A DNA stretch of 61,526 bases, filler included, from Choristocarpus tenellus KU-1152 (taxonomy: Eukaryota > Protista > Phaeophyceae), in assembly GCA_964200185.2 (NCBI GenBank). It is 12 parts of 12 records of this genome, joined end to end, with 100 filler letters (N's around TTAATTAATTAA, not from the genome) between each part and the next. Parts side by side here need not be neighbours in the genome. Positions count along the whole stretch, not along the records: positions 39,715 to 51,097 come from CAXNAD020002349.1; positions 51,198 to 53,884 come from CAXNAD020025647.1; positions 53,985 to 57,647 come from CAXNAD020018647.1; 9 more parts are not named here. One strand, 5' to 3'. Made by a program: the position numbers and the translations under genes. A model generated the notes under the pieces. The model was not told the DNA's origin, ran no database searches, and was given only the letters and a program-made list of their open reading frames with translations. Shown here in pieces: positions 39,783-54,064 of the stretch. Within the stretch, counting starts at the first letter, position 1, and the number at the start of each line of letters is the position of its first letter.

Positions 39783-42700
39783 CGCCTTCATAACCTCCTG
39801 CATCTTGGGGTTTTGCATCAGCATCATGAGCTCTTCATTTGCAACAAACTTGCTCAATTGCTCTGGAGAGAGTCCTGCAGGAAAAACATTTATTTGACAT
39901 AACAAGAGGTCTGAATGCGATGGAGTCATTAAACTAGGTGTCAAAAATTATGCCAAGGTATGAATGAATAAATTGTTTGTGTGGGGATCAGAAGCTCAAA
40001 GTAATCCAGAGCAGGTGATGGGGCAAGCGATAGGGGTCAGACCAGGATATATCACAACATTTCTTAGTCAACCAATGTCTACAATAATACAGTGTAGAAT
40101 GTTGCAATGTTGGAACTTCAGAGGGTGTCATGGTAACTGGACCCAGACAAAAGGCTATTTTGTTTGGGTTTCAAAGATTAATGCCACGGAAAACAGCTTT
40201 TGGCAGGACGGTGTAATGGTGATGTTACACTAATGAGGATAATAGAGTGAAAAAATAATGGCTTTTTGGTTTGAATGTAGGTCTAGAGCAATCAGAATAC
40301 AGCTCACCGTAAGATGTCCCTTCAATATTTCCTGATGATTTTATTCTTGTGATTCACACCCACTTTTACCAATCTATGCAAAGAGTGCTCTCACTGAAGG
40401 CCTTCCTTGCCTCACTCCTCACTTCGATCTTTTGTACTGACCCTTTTACAGCACTGGCTTAACCATCTCTTGGTGACAGACATCCTTTGTTGTACTTTGA
40501 AGGGTCTCTTTACTTCCCTCTTTATCGAGACGCATCACTTGCCTTTGCCACTTGGCAATGACAAGCAAAATCGTTAGATTGGGTTGCAAGTCAGTACTCT
40601 CACACAGAGCATTAGTTACCCGTTTGGTCATTGTCGAAGACAAAACAGATAAAATAAGAGTGGAGGGAAGCGAAATGCCTGCCTACCCACACCTCCGCTG
40701 GTCCTTTTCAATAATAATGAATTCCAGAACGTAGGCTGTCCCTTTCATCACCAGCAGGTGCCCTGGAGGGTCTCCCAGGAAGAAGCACTGATGGGGGAGC
40801 GGGGGTCTCAACTTGAAATACTTTGTGTTTATCTTTCCCGTCTAACGCAAGGCCCACACAGAGGGAGGAATAGGCAGAGCCAATTAAGAGGACCCTCACC
40901 TTGAGAAGAGAAGGAGCGCAGGTCACCTGAGGACTTGCTCAACAACGTTTAGGATTGCTACATGCTCATTTTGTTCGTGTTGTTGACCAGGGGCTTACAC
41001 TCCCTCCCTCCAGAGGAGAGCTCTCTCTTGAACGGGCAGGAGGGTGGAATGGCAGAGCCTATGCTCAGAAGCTTGACAGTACTTCCATGATATCTTCAAG
41101 CAGTCCAGGGAAGAGGACGGCATTCACAAAGAGGCGCTTGTGCAGCATGTGTCCTTCAAGAACAGTCAAGCAGCTCAGATTGCCCCCATTCTGGTATTGA
41201 AAGATCTGGAAGCTTTGAAGGCTTCAAACCTCTGCCTGATGCAGCAGTTGAGTATTCTCAGTCTGGGACATCATCTCTAACACCATGTAAACTGCTTCCC
41301 CCACCGAAAGGAATATTCAGAAGCCAAATGAGAGCACACAAGACAATAGTGCAAACACACAGAGGGGTGCCAGAATCTCAGCAGTCAACATCCACCTCAG
41401 ATCGACCACACACTGAACCACTGCAACACCACAGTGCATCCGTGCCAAGAGAACCTCCACTTCGAAGAGGGTGTACATCTGATGGTTCCAACTAAATGAC
41501 CACGAGATAATCCTGCTTCCTTGGGTCATTCACCCATAGCAAATGGTGTTGACACGGTAGCACTGAACATCCTCGTTTACAGAGTGCAAGTGTGTTTGCA
41601 CTTGGTCCACAGGCTCCGGTTTTAGAAAGATTTCATCCAGCCAGAAGAAAAACACAAATCTCACATCCAATTTCAAATAGATGGGTTGGGTGTCAGTTCA
41701 ACACTCCTGTGACAATGGTGACGTCGCAGTGTGATACCCCAGCTCCTTTTCCCGGTCACCATCTACATCGGCCTGCGAAACTATCTTCTTCTATGCCAAA
41801 GTGGATTCATACTCAAGAGATTCATCAACAAGCGATGTCACCTGACAAGATTTGTCCTTCGGACAGAAAGCGATGGCACCGGCGTTTCATCCAATTTCTA
41901 GGTGATCACCCAAAGTCAGGCCATTTCCAAATCGAGTCTATCCCTGCAGGTATTGTTGATCTCCTTGTAGATGACTCTCCACTGCATGTTCACACAACCA
42001 GGGATTCACTTGGTGCACCCGGTGTTCTCCTCACTGTCGAGGCTCTAGTTACTCTACACTCAGATTCCAACAACGCTCTTGTAGACAATGGCGTATTGGA
42101 TGCTTCCAGAGTCAACAAAGATTTTGGCGCCCCCAAAGTCTTCCATTTCCAGGTAGTTGCATTGGACCGCAAGCCACACAACCATCCGATATACTCTTTA
42201 ACAGAGGTGCTCCACAATCAACCTGGAGCAGTAACTCACGCTGTAGTAGAGCGAACACCTACGCCTTTCACACTCAATGAAGGCATTTACATCCACCCCG
42301 AGTCAATAGACATTTTTTTGCATCTGCTGTTACCTCTGACAATCTCCCAGTCCTTACTGTAACTACTGCTGTCCTCGAACTGACAAAAATATATATTTTT
42401 TCAAGATGACGAACCTCCTGGCAAATTGGGTCCACGGCATTAAACTTTTGAAGGAGATACAGTTAAGAGGATCCGCCTCCAACTTTGTACTGGGAACGTA
42501 ACTCTGGCAGGGCATCCTTGAAGCTCCGTTGTCAAGAACAGCGCTGTGCACAAATTCGAATCTGCTCATCGCCAGAAACGTTTCAATCGTCGACTTCACC
42601 CGACAAGCACTACGACGGATCGGGAAAAGATGCACCATCCAGCCTATTGCTGAACCACAATACACAGAAAAAACTGGGGACGAAGTTGTAAGGTTTCATT

Positions 42701-45700
42701 CCTGAGGAACGCCAAGGAGGAGCAACAACAGGCTATGGAATAGCTAAACCCCCGACATGCAACAATCAACGGAAGGGCGGGGCAGTGAAACCGTTGAACG
42801 ATACAACAGTTGACAGCTAGCTAAGAATGACAAGTAGTGCACTGTGTGTAGATCCCCTGACCACTGTTCCACCCCGTCCCCAAGGCAGAGTAAAAAATAA
42901 ATAAATGAACATTCCATTGATACCAAAACCCAATCAAAGTTACACGCTGGTAGTATAGAGACTACAATCTGTCCTCAACCATAGGTAAGTAATGCTTTGC
43001 CCCACTCTGGATTGCACTATAATAATAATAATAATAATAATTCGAGATGTATGAGATTACGAATTGGTCCTTACATCTCATATTTCAGACAAACTATTGC
43101 AGAGTCGTCACCTGCCAAAGACAGAATGCGTTCAGTAGATAGTTTAGGGTTAGGGTTCTCGCAGTTCCACCCTTGCTTCTTTTTCTTTTTTTTATCAAGC
43201 AAAGCAAACAGTCCTCCCTCGAGCCAATATTTTTGGTACAGACCCAGTTTCAGGGCAAGCTCAAACCCTTTTCTTGGTACTTGATCTTTTCATCAGCAGA
43301 TGAGTATGTGCCATGTCTCCTCACCCCCCTTCTATCTATGTACACTACATAACCTACCAACCTGATCAAAATCACCAAACTATTTATCAGCAACTTCGAA
43401 GTACATCATACAGCAAACAAACAACTCGTCTTGTTCTTCTGTCACCGATATTCCGTTTTCATGCCTACCCCCTAAAGCACTAACATCTGGAAAAGAAGTA
43501 GTCAAGAAGATTTCCATCTCTGGTGTGCTTGCCTCGCCTTCGCCTTGCCTATCTCCTCTGCGAAGTCTCTTTCACTATGCATTACATCTACAATTAGGAA
43601 ATACGGCTATCGACCAATCAATGGACCTATACAGAGGGGATCAATAGTCAAGGTTTCTGCAGCAGTGGCTGCAAATTGAGATACATTCGAAATGCGTACA
43701 AATCTCAGTGGCCCTTTAGCAAGAGAAAAGTATTTAAAAAAAAAGACACCGAAAGGCTCGTTATAGGCACAGAAAAAATTTCAGATCACCAGAGCCCATT
43801 TTCCTCGATTTTTATCTGTTCCAAGAGCAACCGGTCGCTCCTCTACTTCCAATTTGTACCCACGCACTGAATGGACCATTCCATGAATCAAATACCAATA
43901 ATAACAAAATGCTATCAAAAATAAAAGCATGATTTAAACAAAACTACCCAACCAAGTGTGGACAATAATGACAATGATAATGACAATAATGATGAACGCA
44001 TACACACGGAGGTGGGCCAATTGCTTTGGTGGCTATATTTTATGCCCCCATTCAAATACTTGAAGAGAGACAGGATTCAAATGGTACGAAATAGAAATCC
44101 AAGTGACAATGCTGGAATCATTCCCACTCTGAAGTATACTTCAATGGAGTCCATCGCAGTAGGGTGATTCTTGTGTTACTACTGAAACAAAATCACCAAG
44201 AACAACTAAATCCAGCACAAACCTTGCGATAGCAAACAGTAGCTCCAGAGCAACCAAGAGACTTTGCTACAGCCCCAGAGCCTGGTGGTGGAACTAATTA
44301 CACTATGAACAATGTGAATTGCACAGACCCAGCGATAATACTCTGCTCTTTGAAGCATAAGAGTATTATGCAAGTATAATACACAAATTTCTAACCAATT
44401 AGAACACCAGGTGAACAAAAAAAAACACTTACCTCCCGGCAAAGTCCCATCTTCGGCAGTGATGTCCTTGAGTCTCTCCTTGTCCTCCAGCTCCTTTGCA
44501 ATATCAACCTTCTCCTCTTCAGGGCCAAGCCTTCCGTTCATTCAATTGACACACAACAGCATTGATAGGGTAAAGAGTAAAATTTTTGTTACAGTTACAA
44601 CAAAGGTGCTTCGGTTGAGTGGATGTGCATCTTGTTCTAAAAAAGTACACCGATGTAGAAATGAAGATTCATTTTTTCATAACAAAAGTGAGCATAACTA
44701 AATGATTCATTAAGCTTAGCTTTCTTACACGAAAGGTTTGTTTCTGTTACAGTGAAATTTGGTAAAGGTGTGTTTTACTACAGCAAAAGTGCATTTCTCT
44801 TACAACAAAGGGTATGCTTCATTACAGTAGCAGTGTGCTTTGATGTAACACGCAGAGGAATACACCAACAATCTCACAGCCTCCAAGCGTATATCTCAGT
44901 TACTATACAAGAATAAAACATAGCTTCCAAAATTTTGGCCACTTCGTTCTCTCAGAGTATGATACACCTCACAAAGGAGAGAGGGGAAAATGTTCTTGGA
45001 ACACTTTACTTCCAATTTCAAAGGATATCCATTATTTTCCAAGCACCAGGAACTGACTTCCACATAGTCACATATCATGAACAAACACAGTAGGTAAACA
45101 TGGATGAGTCCTGCCACCCAGGAATGAAAGAACTGTTTTGGCATTGCAAGACCTTCACCAACCATTGAGACTTTAAGTTGTTTAATTTCCTCACATCTGC
45201 TCGAGATTTTCCTTGTTGAATTGATCCACTATGGAAGGATCCGCCTCGCCCAAGGCCCTCGCCTTCTCCAGTCTAGAAACCAACTCCTCCTGAATGTGTT
45301 GTAACATTAGGTTTTTGAACAGAAGGATACCAGGACAGAGATGGGGTAGATTTGAACAAGAATAACGGCATTAAAATCATCTCCAAGGCCTGAGCGCGCT
45401 CACGGTTTCCACTCAAGTGAAGCGATCAGCGGTGGCAAAATCAGGGCAGGGAATCACCACGAACAACGCTGTCGCCAAGGTTACGGGCTTGAGTCGTAAA
45501 GACAGGAGGAAGGATAAGTTTGCGTCATATGCATTGGTTCACTCATGGAATTAGTAGGACACCATCCAGCTCCCAACGTCACTCATACCTTCTCGAATAT
45601 TCCTTGGTAACTGATCCCTCGCATGTCCATTTCGGCTTTGATTTCCGCTGTCGACATTTTTCGCACACCACGCTCTGCAGATCCTCCTTCTGCGCACATC

Positions 45701-46059
45701 CTGCACCACCTTCCATTGAACTCATGCCTGTTACAACGAAGTTCATATGTTACCTCTGGAAGTTAAAGAGGCGGTCACGGTCGGTGTTGATCAAACACAT
45801 GCACATAATACCAGCCTCTGACACGTTGCATCCCAAGGTACGATGGATGGACTCGAGGATTCCGAGGTTCTATCGGATATTGTCACGATGTACCCGGTCG
45901 GATACCATCGGCATCGGAATGATCGTCCGATTTCCTTTATGGCGTGGTGTGGGGAGACGCCAGTCACCTCAGTGCAGGCCTCAGTCCAATCCCAACAAAA
46001 GCTTGGCATGTGGAGACGAAGACAAGAAGAAGAGCGAATGCACTTGCCCTCAAAACCAT
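39783..46059 (-). CDS. Plastid-targeted protein with a SAP/ARMET-like helical motif and an STI1 (DP) domain; 3' end missing
   Basis: Signal peptide MVLRASAFALLLVFVSTCQA|FV (ASAFAP-like); phase-compatible exons 46059-45968, ~45727-45589, 45289-45195, ~44531-44433, 39874-39783; EIKAEMDMRGISYQGIFEKEELVSRL; LMMLMQNPKMQEVMKA. Confidence 0.75.
40620..42945 (+). mobile_element. Degenerate ~2-kb coding-like insertion in an intron (possibly a retroelement internal region)
   Basis: Interrupted plus-strand reading frames including the 256-aa ORF at 41592; purine tract at ~42772; no diagnostic motif recognised. Confidence 0.3.
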
Positions 46060-46920
46060 GTTACACAGGTGACAGCTTGCCAGCACTAAATCACAGTACT
46101 TTCTTTCGATGTCGTCCCAACCTTGAGGCTCGCCCGACGCAACCAGAGGTAATCTGTGATCTGTTGGCACGTTGATGTCAACTTGCACCTCAACCGTTCG
46201 TCTCATGATCGCGCGCAAACACTGCGCGCATCCAATTTACTTCAACTATTTTCTTAACAAAACGTAAAATGGTATCATTGCTCAGGACGAATCAGATAAA
46301 GATGGTCACCATCGGGTCCCTGGTGAATGGTAGGCCTTGTTGGACATGTCAGTGCCAACAATCGGTCAAGAACAACCCTATGAGAGTTGGAAACGGAAAT
46401 GCCTTCCATACCGTAGTTGGTCGGATATTCGAAGGTGACAAAGATGCTTATTTCTGTCGTCACAACTTTATGATGGATTAACTGATCAGTGAGGTGGTTT
46501 CCAGGATTAGGGTTAGGGTTAAGGATAAGGTTATGTCCCTCGATACTCTGTCCGAGTCATTCAAAAAGCTGCCACAACGAACTGTGATGTTGGAAGTTTT
46601 ACTGGATCATTCGTTCATATAAATGATAGGTGAAGACGACTTGCTCCAGCGTAATGATACTATGTGTCATCCATCGATACGACTTCATCCCTTCTTAATT
46701 TGGAAAGTTTTTTTAACAGATTGTACCACACCATTACCGTTGCATATCCCTCTTTAAATTTGCGGTCACACTACTCGCCAATATGAATTGCGATATCAAT
46801 AGTGTTTCAGAGTACCTAAAAAATTAGTTCCCACTCCAGATTTTTATGGCGTCTCCTCACTAATTTCATGTAATATATGTATAATATGTAGGACAGGTTA
46901 AGACAGTAACGGATTATGTA

Positions 46921-49204
46921 TTATTATGCCCTCTCACAGTTCACAGATGTGTCAGGGGAAAAGTCAAACCAATATCACAAATACCCCTGTACAATAAAAG
47001 TAACAGTTGTAAATGTGAAAGATATCTCTCTAAGATCTATTTTCTGTTTGAATAACTATACTACAAGTATTCCAATAAAGGTTGAAATTACAATGTTATC
47101 TGTACCTTGCTCCTATGCCTCCAACCTACCTTAGGACTACAGAACTGGGCGAGGAGCTATGGAGAGATCCAGGAATTACTCGATCTGTTAATAACCAGAT
47201 CCCCATACATATTCAGAGTAGTAATAACATAAATACGTAACACCAAGGTGTTACCAGTAGCTTAGCCCTCTAGGGAAATCTTGCTTGTTGTTACGGTAAC
47301 GCCACAACAGGTATACAACATTGTATATATCAAATGAAAGGATATGGCAAGAGGGGTTGAAGGTTTGTATCCACGAATGTCCAGGCTTCGGGGAACGGGA
47401 GCTATGTCCCGATCAAAAAATGGTAAAAACGGGGGGGAACATCTCCAGTGCAATTTTGAAGGTCAGGACTTCAAAACAGACAAAAATGAAGTAGTTCGCT
47501 GAACTCCTTGTAAAAACCTGGTCCGGCATAGGTCACTGCCCTAGGTTGGCCAGTGTGGTGACACCGAAAAAAAGCAAGATTTGTGGACAACTTTTTAACG
47601 CCTTTTGCAGACTTTCTGTGAGCACAAACATGCATTACATACACAGCAACATAAACCTCGAAGGTGAGACAAGGAGAGCGGCATAATTAAATCGCCTAAT
47701 GGATCACAGGACCGCAACGCTGACGCTGAGAGAAGATGCACTGAAAGCACTAACACACAACCGTGGTTGGATCTTCAACCGATACGAAGCACTGCTCTGC
47801 AGTCTCTGCCACCTCGGGAAAGCAGGAAGAGAGCGGCGAGTACATCACCAGGTGGTACAGTTACAAAGTCTGTGGGAAAGCCTGGTCACGGCGGGTGAAG
47901 GGAGAATCAGAGTGGCCACCAGAAGGGAAGGATGGGGAAGAGAGCAGCGCACTTGCGTGTCATTGCGCTCAGGAAATGCCTAAGCGAAAACTCGGTTGTA
48001 GAACATCTTAATAGTCGGCAGTTGCAGCAGGCCCTGGCTGTTTAGAAGCTATGCAAGCTGGATTGGGTTAAGGAAATGAGAAATAATGTGTTATGGTTGG
48101 ATTACAAGGGCTCTGAGGCCCGAAAGAAGGTCGAAAGGACTCGTAAGGCAGAGGAGAAAGTGATCGTAACAAAGGCAGCTGTGCAGAATTTTCGATACCA
48201 CCAAATCCTTTACTTAGAATAGGTCACGAAGCAGGTGGAGGTAGCCATTGACGTGGACACCAGGGAAGCAGAGGAGGTGAGATTGAGACTATTTGCCCAC
48301 CGATGGTTTGGTGTCTCCCACTTCTCGCAAGATGCCGTACATTTACTCTTGTTCCTGGACTTAGGGTTGGACGTATAAGGTTCAGTAAGCCTTTCTCCCA
48401 GACTGCATTCATTCGAGAAATCAACACAATTTTCAATCAACTCAAGCCTGTCCTCCGTCACTCTTGCGCCTTGATAAAATATTACCCGCCCAGGAAACAC
48501 GGATGACACCCATTTCTGGTGCTAAACGAGGAAATGTCATAGTTAGGGCTCTAACACTCCGAATCCTGTACCTGTGTGTGAACGTCAGGAAAGACTGTCA
48601 AATGGCGCTCGAGATGGCAGCAAGATATACGATGGTCAGGTCGGAAACTGTGAGTAGATGGGAGAGAGACTTCCTAACTAAGGGTCATATCAAGGTGTCG
48701 GAGCAAGGGCAATACAAGAGGCGTTTCTTTCTGGGCCTCGACGAGGACGTCCTTGCCGAGGTCAAAGAATGGGTGTGCGAACACACAGGAAGAAAGGGTG
48801 GGGAGGCTTTTTTCCTGTCTAAATCCTATACTTTAATCAAGTAATAGTGTATCTGTAGCCACTCTTGGTGACCTAAAATCCAGGGTTCGAACCCCAATCT
48901 GATCGCTCTTTCTCCAAACAAGAAAAATATGGTGAAAAAACCCGAAGCCCGTACTGTGGAGGGCTTTGTGACGGGCATCACGAATATGCTTCTAGCTTTT
49001 AATCGTATGTCTACATCAAAAGATATGACGGGACAACCCCAGAGGGCGAAGCTACTGGTAGAGATGGATATGTATGGGGATAGTAGATAGAATAATGTCT
49101 TTCACATCTTACAACTGTTACGTTTTTAGGGATTTTCTGACATGCGAATAGTTTTCATTGGTTTTTCCCCTGACGCATCTGTGAACCGTCAGAGGGCATA
49201 ATAA
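46921..49204. mobile_element. Family A TIR element flanked by TA, carrying a nested family B element
   Basis: ~110-bp imperfect TIRs TTATTATGCCCTCT..AGTTCACAGATG.GTCAGGGGAAAA..GTAACAGTTGTAA at both ends. Confidence 0.75.
47254..49058 (+). mobile_element. Family B non-autonomous TIR transposon (1.8 kb) with a transposase N-terminal relic
   Basis: TA|CCAGTAGCTTAGCCCTCTAGGG ... CCCCAGAGGGCGAAGCTACTGG|TA; AARYTMVRSETVSRWERDFLTKGHIKVSEQGQYK...DEDVLAEVKEWV is HTH-like. Confidence 0.85.
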
Positions 49205-50137
49205 TACAAAATATGTATGGGGATCTGGTCATCGAGAGGGTCCTGTTTGACGTTTTTCTTGTAACTATTTATGAGCATTTTGTGTGTTCTTGTACGGAAA
49301 ATAGTTTGAGTTTGAATGCCCTTCTCGATAGTAGACTTAATTTTTTCGGGAAAATCTGGTCTTGTAATCCAGTCGATGAGGCAAGCACCTGGAACTGTTA
49401 ATACTGCTGTAGTAGTATCTATACTCTGTTGGTATGCATGCCACAAAAAGCAGGGGGAAGCTTGAATGACTTGGCGAGGCTTCATTTGGACCAACGCCTG
49501 GGCAATCACTGTACAAGATTCGAGGATTTGGGGCAACGAGTGGTGGACAACTTGATAGTTATTCGAAAGCAGTTTTTGTTGTAAAGCGACTCAGTACACA
49601 CCAAGAACTTCCTCCTTCCCAGCATGGCCATTCCATTGACCACCAAGTACCCAGGGCACAGGATCTATCGAAATCAGAGTCGCTTACTGAAAGCCATATT
49701 GACATTTTCTAGAAATTGACTTTTTTTATACCATCCAGTCGTGTGAGAGGGAAAAACGGAGTTTTCTCATTCATAGTGTACTTTGTCACGGGTGAAAACC
49801 TTGTTCAAATGAGACCCATTCTCGCGCTGGTCATGTGCATTCGCGCGCACTGCGGGCATTTCAAGGCCGATAAAGACCACCATGTTGCCCCTGTGCACCT
49901 GCCCCACTCTGTCGTTATGGTGGTTGGTTCCTCAGAAGGGATTTTATGCTCGAATGGGAAAGGAGGAAGAGTCGGAGTGGAACTGAAGAGATGTGTATGA
50001 TTTTCGACTCAACTTCCATCCAAACACTTGGTCAGCGAACCTCTATGGGGTACTCTGTGATGAAAATTCTTCTACATGCCAAACAGTTTACTAAAATTTG
50101 TGTTTCTGTTCGGAAAGATATCTATGCTATAGTGGTA

Positions 50138-51065
50138 CCAGTCGTTTCGCCCTCTGGGGTTGTCCCGTCATATCTTTTGATGTAGACATACGATTAAAAA
50201 CTAGAAGCATATTCGTGATGCCCGTCACAATGCCCTCCACAGTACGGGCTTCGGGTTTTTTCGCCATATTTTTCTTGCTTGGAGAAAGAGCGATCAGATT
50301 GGGGTTCGAACCCTGGATTGTAGGTCACCAAGAGTGGCTACAGATACACTAATACTTGATTAAAGTATAGGATTTAGACAGGAAAAAAGCCTCCCAACCC
50401 TTTCTTCCTGTGTGTTCCCACACCCACTCTTTGACCTCCGCAAGGATATCCTCATCGAGGCCCAGAAAGAAACGCCTCTTGTATTGCCCTTCCTCCGACA
50501 CCTTGATATGACCCTTAGTTAGGAAGTCTCTCTCCCATCTACTCACAGGTTTCGCTGTGACCATCACATATCTTGCTGCAATCTCGAGCGATGTTTTGTG
50601 GTCTTTTTGGTCAACTACTAAGATATTCTACACCCAAGTTTTTGCTTAGGTGTTTCCTGAGCGCAATAGCATGCAGTTGCACTGCTCTCCTCCCCAACCT
50701 TCCCTTTTGTTGGCCACTGTGGTTCCCCCTTCGCCTGCCGTGACCAGGTTTTCCCACAGAACTTCATCACCGTACCACCTGGTGATGTACTCACCGCTCT
50801 CTTCCTGCTTTCCCGAGGCGGCAGAGACTGCAGAGGAGTGCTCCGTATTGGTTGAAGATCCAACCACGGTTGTGTGTTAATGCTTTCAAAGCATCTTCTC
50901 TCAGCGTCAATGTCGCGGCTGCGTGGTCGATTTGGTGATTTGATCATGCTGCTGCGCCACATTACACGCACTTTCTCGTTACCTAACATCGCACTGAGTC
51001 TCACACAGTACTTGCTTTTCCGTCACCTCTTGACAGAGAAGGTGCTGAGGGTAGTTCCAGGGGGC
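50138..51065 (-). mobile_element. Family B copy, inverted, ending just before a MITE end and the contig end
   Basis: TA|CCAGTCGTTTCGCCCTCTGGGG; reverse-complement match to 48600-49058, 47690-48010 and 5800-6094. Confidence 0.85.
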
Positions 51066-51257
51066 AGAGGCTGTTAGGCTCAAAGTATCTGGGAGGGNNN
51101 NNNNNNNNNNNNNNNNNNNNNNNNNNNNNNNNNNNNNNNNNTTAATTAATTAANNNNNNNNNNNNNNNNNNNNNNNNNNNNNNNNNNNNNNNNNNNNGAT
51201 TCCTTCACCCCCCCCCTCCCCCTATTTCCCCTCAGCAGCAATATCCAGTAGCCTTGC

Positions 51258-51405
51258 CTTATGTTATGGTAGAGGTTGCGGCGGTATGTATTGCACAGGC
51301 CCTCCACGTCCTTCTTAATCGAGACTGTGTCCCTAAGGTAGTCATCCATACTGCCGCCATAGAAAGAGGGAAATGCCCCAAACACAGGGTAATAGATCAT
51401 AACAC
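51258..51405 (-). CDS. Internal exon of an unidentified protein
   Basis: CAG acceptor; VMIYYPVFGAFPSFYGGSMDDYLRDTVSIKKDVEGLCNTYRRNLYHNIR; probable GC donor AG|GCAAG. Confidence 0.5.
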
Positions 51406-54064
51406 CTGTGCAAAATATACAAAATAATCCGTTTGGTTTAGAGAGGTGATGGCTATGGCAGCCATTTTGTGGGGCTTTACACCGGACCAGGTAGAGTTGG
51501 GAGTGGATCAGGCCACAAGCTGACTCACTGATTTTTGTAAGGGCTGGGTCAGGACTGTAGGAATGGTCTACTGTCTACAAAGTAAAATGTGAAGAACATG
51601 CAACACATATGTAGGTAGTGCACTATATATAACTCGAAAGTCTGATGCTTAACCTCATTTCTTTAAACTAATCCAATAAAACAATGATGCTTAACCTCAA
51701 TTCTTTAAACTAATTCCATGCATTGAAACAATGAGAAGAGCATGGCACACCATTAAATAACAACTAGTTCAGTCATTTGTTTTATTCTCGAGTCAAACAC
51801 ACTACTTTTTACATACCATATGCAACAACTGGCGCTTGCTTTGAAAAAGTTGACATAATCTGCTTCATTGAATTAGAGCATAAACAAAAGGTAGTCTGTG
51901 TTCTGACCATCGTATGTTCTGAAAAACATGTACTGTACTATCTATTAAGATGAATTATTTGGAAAATGTTTTGAGCACCTGTTTAGTGTGTATTTCACTA
52001 CTATAAATATTTTTTTTGTAGTTTAACACTCCAGATTATTTTTTGTTTGTTTGATGGTAGATAACATTTTTGCAATATTCTACGATAAAAGAACATACAC
52101 TCTGGAGTACCATACTGAGTATATCAACAGATAAGAAATCAGCCTGGGCTGCAGCTTAGATATCAAAAGCTTCCTTATTTAAAATAACAAAAGGAAAACT
52201 GGAAGTAGTTGATGTTCTTTTCTGGCAACAGTACTATAATCAAATCAAAAATCAGTTTTGTCACAAAAAAATATATGTAAAAGCTACTCACATCCAATGA
52301 AGACACAGAAGAAAAAGTATACACACATGCAGTCACTGTTCACAATAATCCCAAACCTAAGTAAGCAAGTTAAGTGACTCAAAAAAGCTACCCAAAAAGC
52401 AATAACCAATAAATGGAACAAAACAAGTTAACTATTTCCTGGCTGTAATGCCCGTAATTCATTGGTGCTTGAAAAAACTAATTGCATCACGCATCTCAAT
52501 GCCTTCATTCTGTGTCTATTCCTCTCTCTGTTGCTCTGCCTTTGATTGTATGCAATTGGGATGGGTGATTTGAAAATCAAAGCCTCCACTGGAGACACAC
52601 TTATCAGCTAATTAAAGAGTCATGAGACCAAACAGTGGAGAGGAACATGTACTAGTAATGCCATTATTTTTATTTTCCATGCTGAACTCATCATGACCTA
52701 TGCATTCAAAGTCAGTCACAGTAGTATATCCAATTAATGTTTGAAAATTTGAAAATCACCCTAGGGTCAAGAACGGACGCCGGTATCCCCCCCCACCAGA
52801 TACTTTGACCCCTAGCACACCTAGAAAAAAACCTTCACACACCAACAAAAAAACACACATTTAAAAATTAAAAAAACTTGCACGCACAATATGCATACAG
52901 GAATGACCAACGGAACGTCACCTGCTTAATTAAAATGGTAAACAATCAATATCATCCCATTCAGTATAGTCTGGGCTGACCTCACCACTGGGGTGTTGGG
53001 GTATCTCTACAGCTAACACAGGGCACACATGCCTTATTTCTTACAGTTTTCGGAACACCCGACCCGCAATTCATTAGACCATCTCTTCTCTGTCCAAACA
53101 ACACATTTTGGTGAAGTATGTAGTATACTGTACAGCTGCATGCAGCATGCCTTTCATGAGAAGTGCACTATCTTTACTTCCCAGTATGGACAAGATAGTT
53201 TTTCTGTGGGAAAAAACTCTTGTTGAAACTGGAATCAACTAGAACTCCATTCTTTCAAATAAGCTGACAATAATTAAATAATGATAATGACAATAGCAAC
53301 ATTGTAGGGGAAGGTTGCTTCTTCTATGTGATAGAACATATTAGTGTCTGTCAGGGATTTTCACTGGGATGGAAAATTAGAATGGTCCCATTGGTGAACC
53401 AGACCAGTAACACAATTGTCTAACATGCCTGGACAAAGTTCAGTAGGTAATACACCAGTCCTTTGGTAGAACCGGAATTGGGTGTAACATTCTCCAAGAT
53501 GTCTGGACCGCTCTACTAGGCCTTATACCAGTCTATCTCCACAGACTGGATCGGGTCTAACATTCTCTAACATGTCCGAACCATGTCCAGTGTGTCTTGT
53601 ACTAGTCCAGTCCATGTGTCAAGGAGGTCTACTTCTGGACCAGTCTGACTCACATATACCCCTCCAATTCAATGGGTCATTCCATGTGAAAAATGTTGAA
53701 ATAGAAAGCAACCCAGTAGGGATGTCAAATAACTGACTTCTTTGCAAAAGCATTCACAGTTCGTTGGAGTCTTTTTACCTCCTTAAAAAAAATATATTTT
53801 CATTTTGTTTCTCTTAGTCTACCGGTAAAGTAGACATTAGACATGCAGGCCATTATACACTCAGGGGTCAAAGTATCTGGGGGGNNNNNNNNNNNNNNNN
53901 NNNNNNNNNNNNNNNNNNNNNNNNNNNNTTAATTAATTAANNNNNNNNNNNNNNNNNNNNNNNNNNNNNNNNNNNNNNNNNNNNCCAGATACTTTGAGCC
54001 TTAGGTATGTGAAATTTGGGGCAACGAGAACGGAGAATCTGCATCCATACACGTGCACATATCA

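Noticed and set aside
53865-54000. One MITE spanning the gap, proving contig adjacency
   Set aside because: The flanks TCAG/TTAG match imperfectly and MITE ends are common at contig ends
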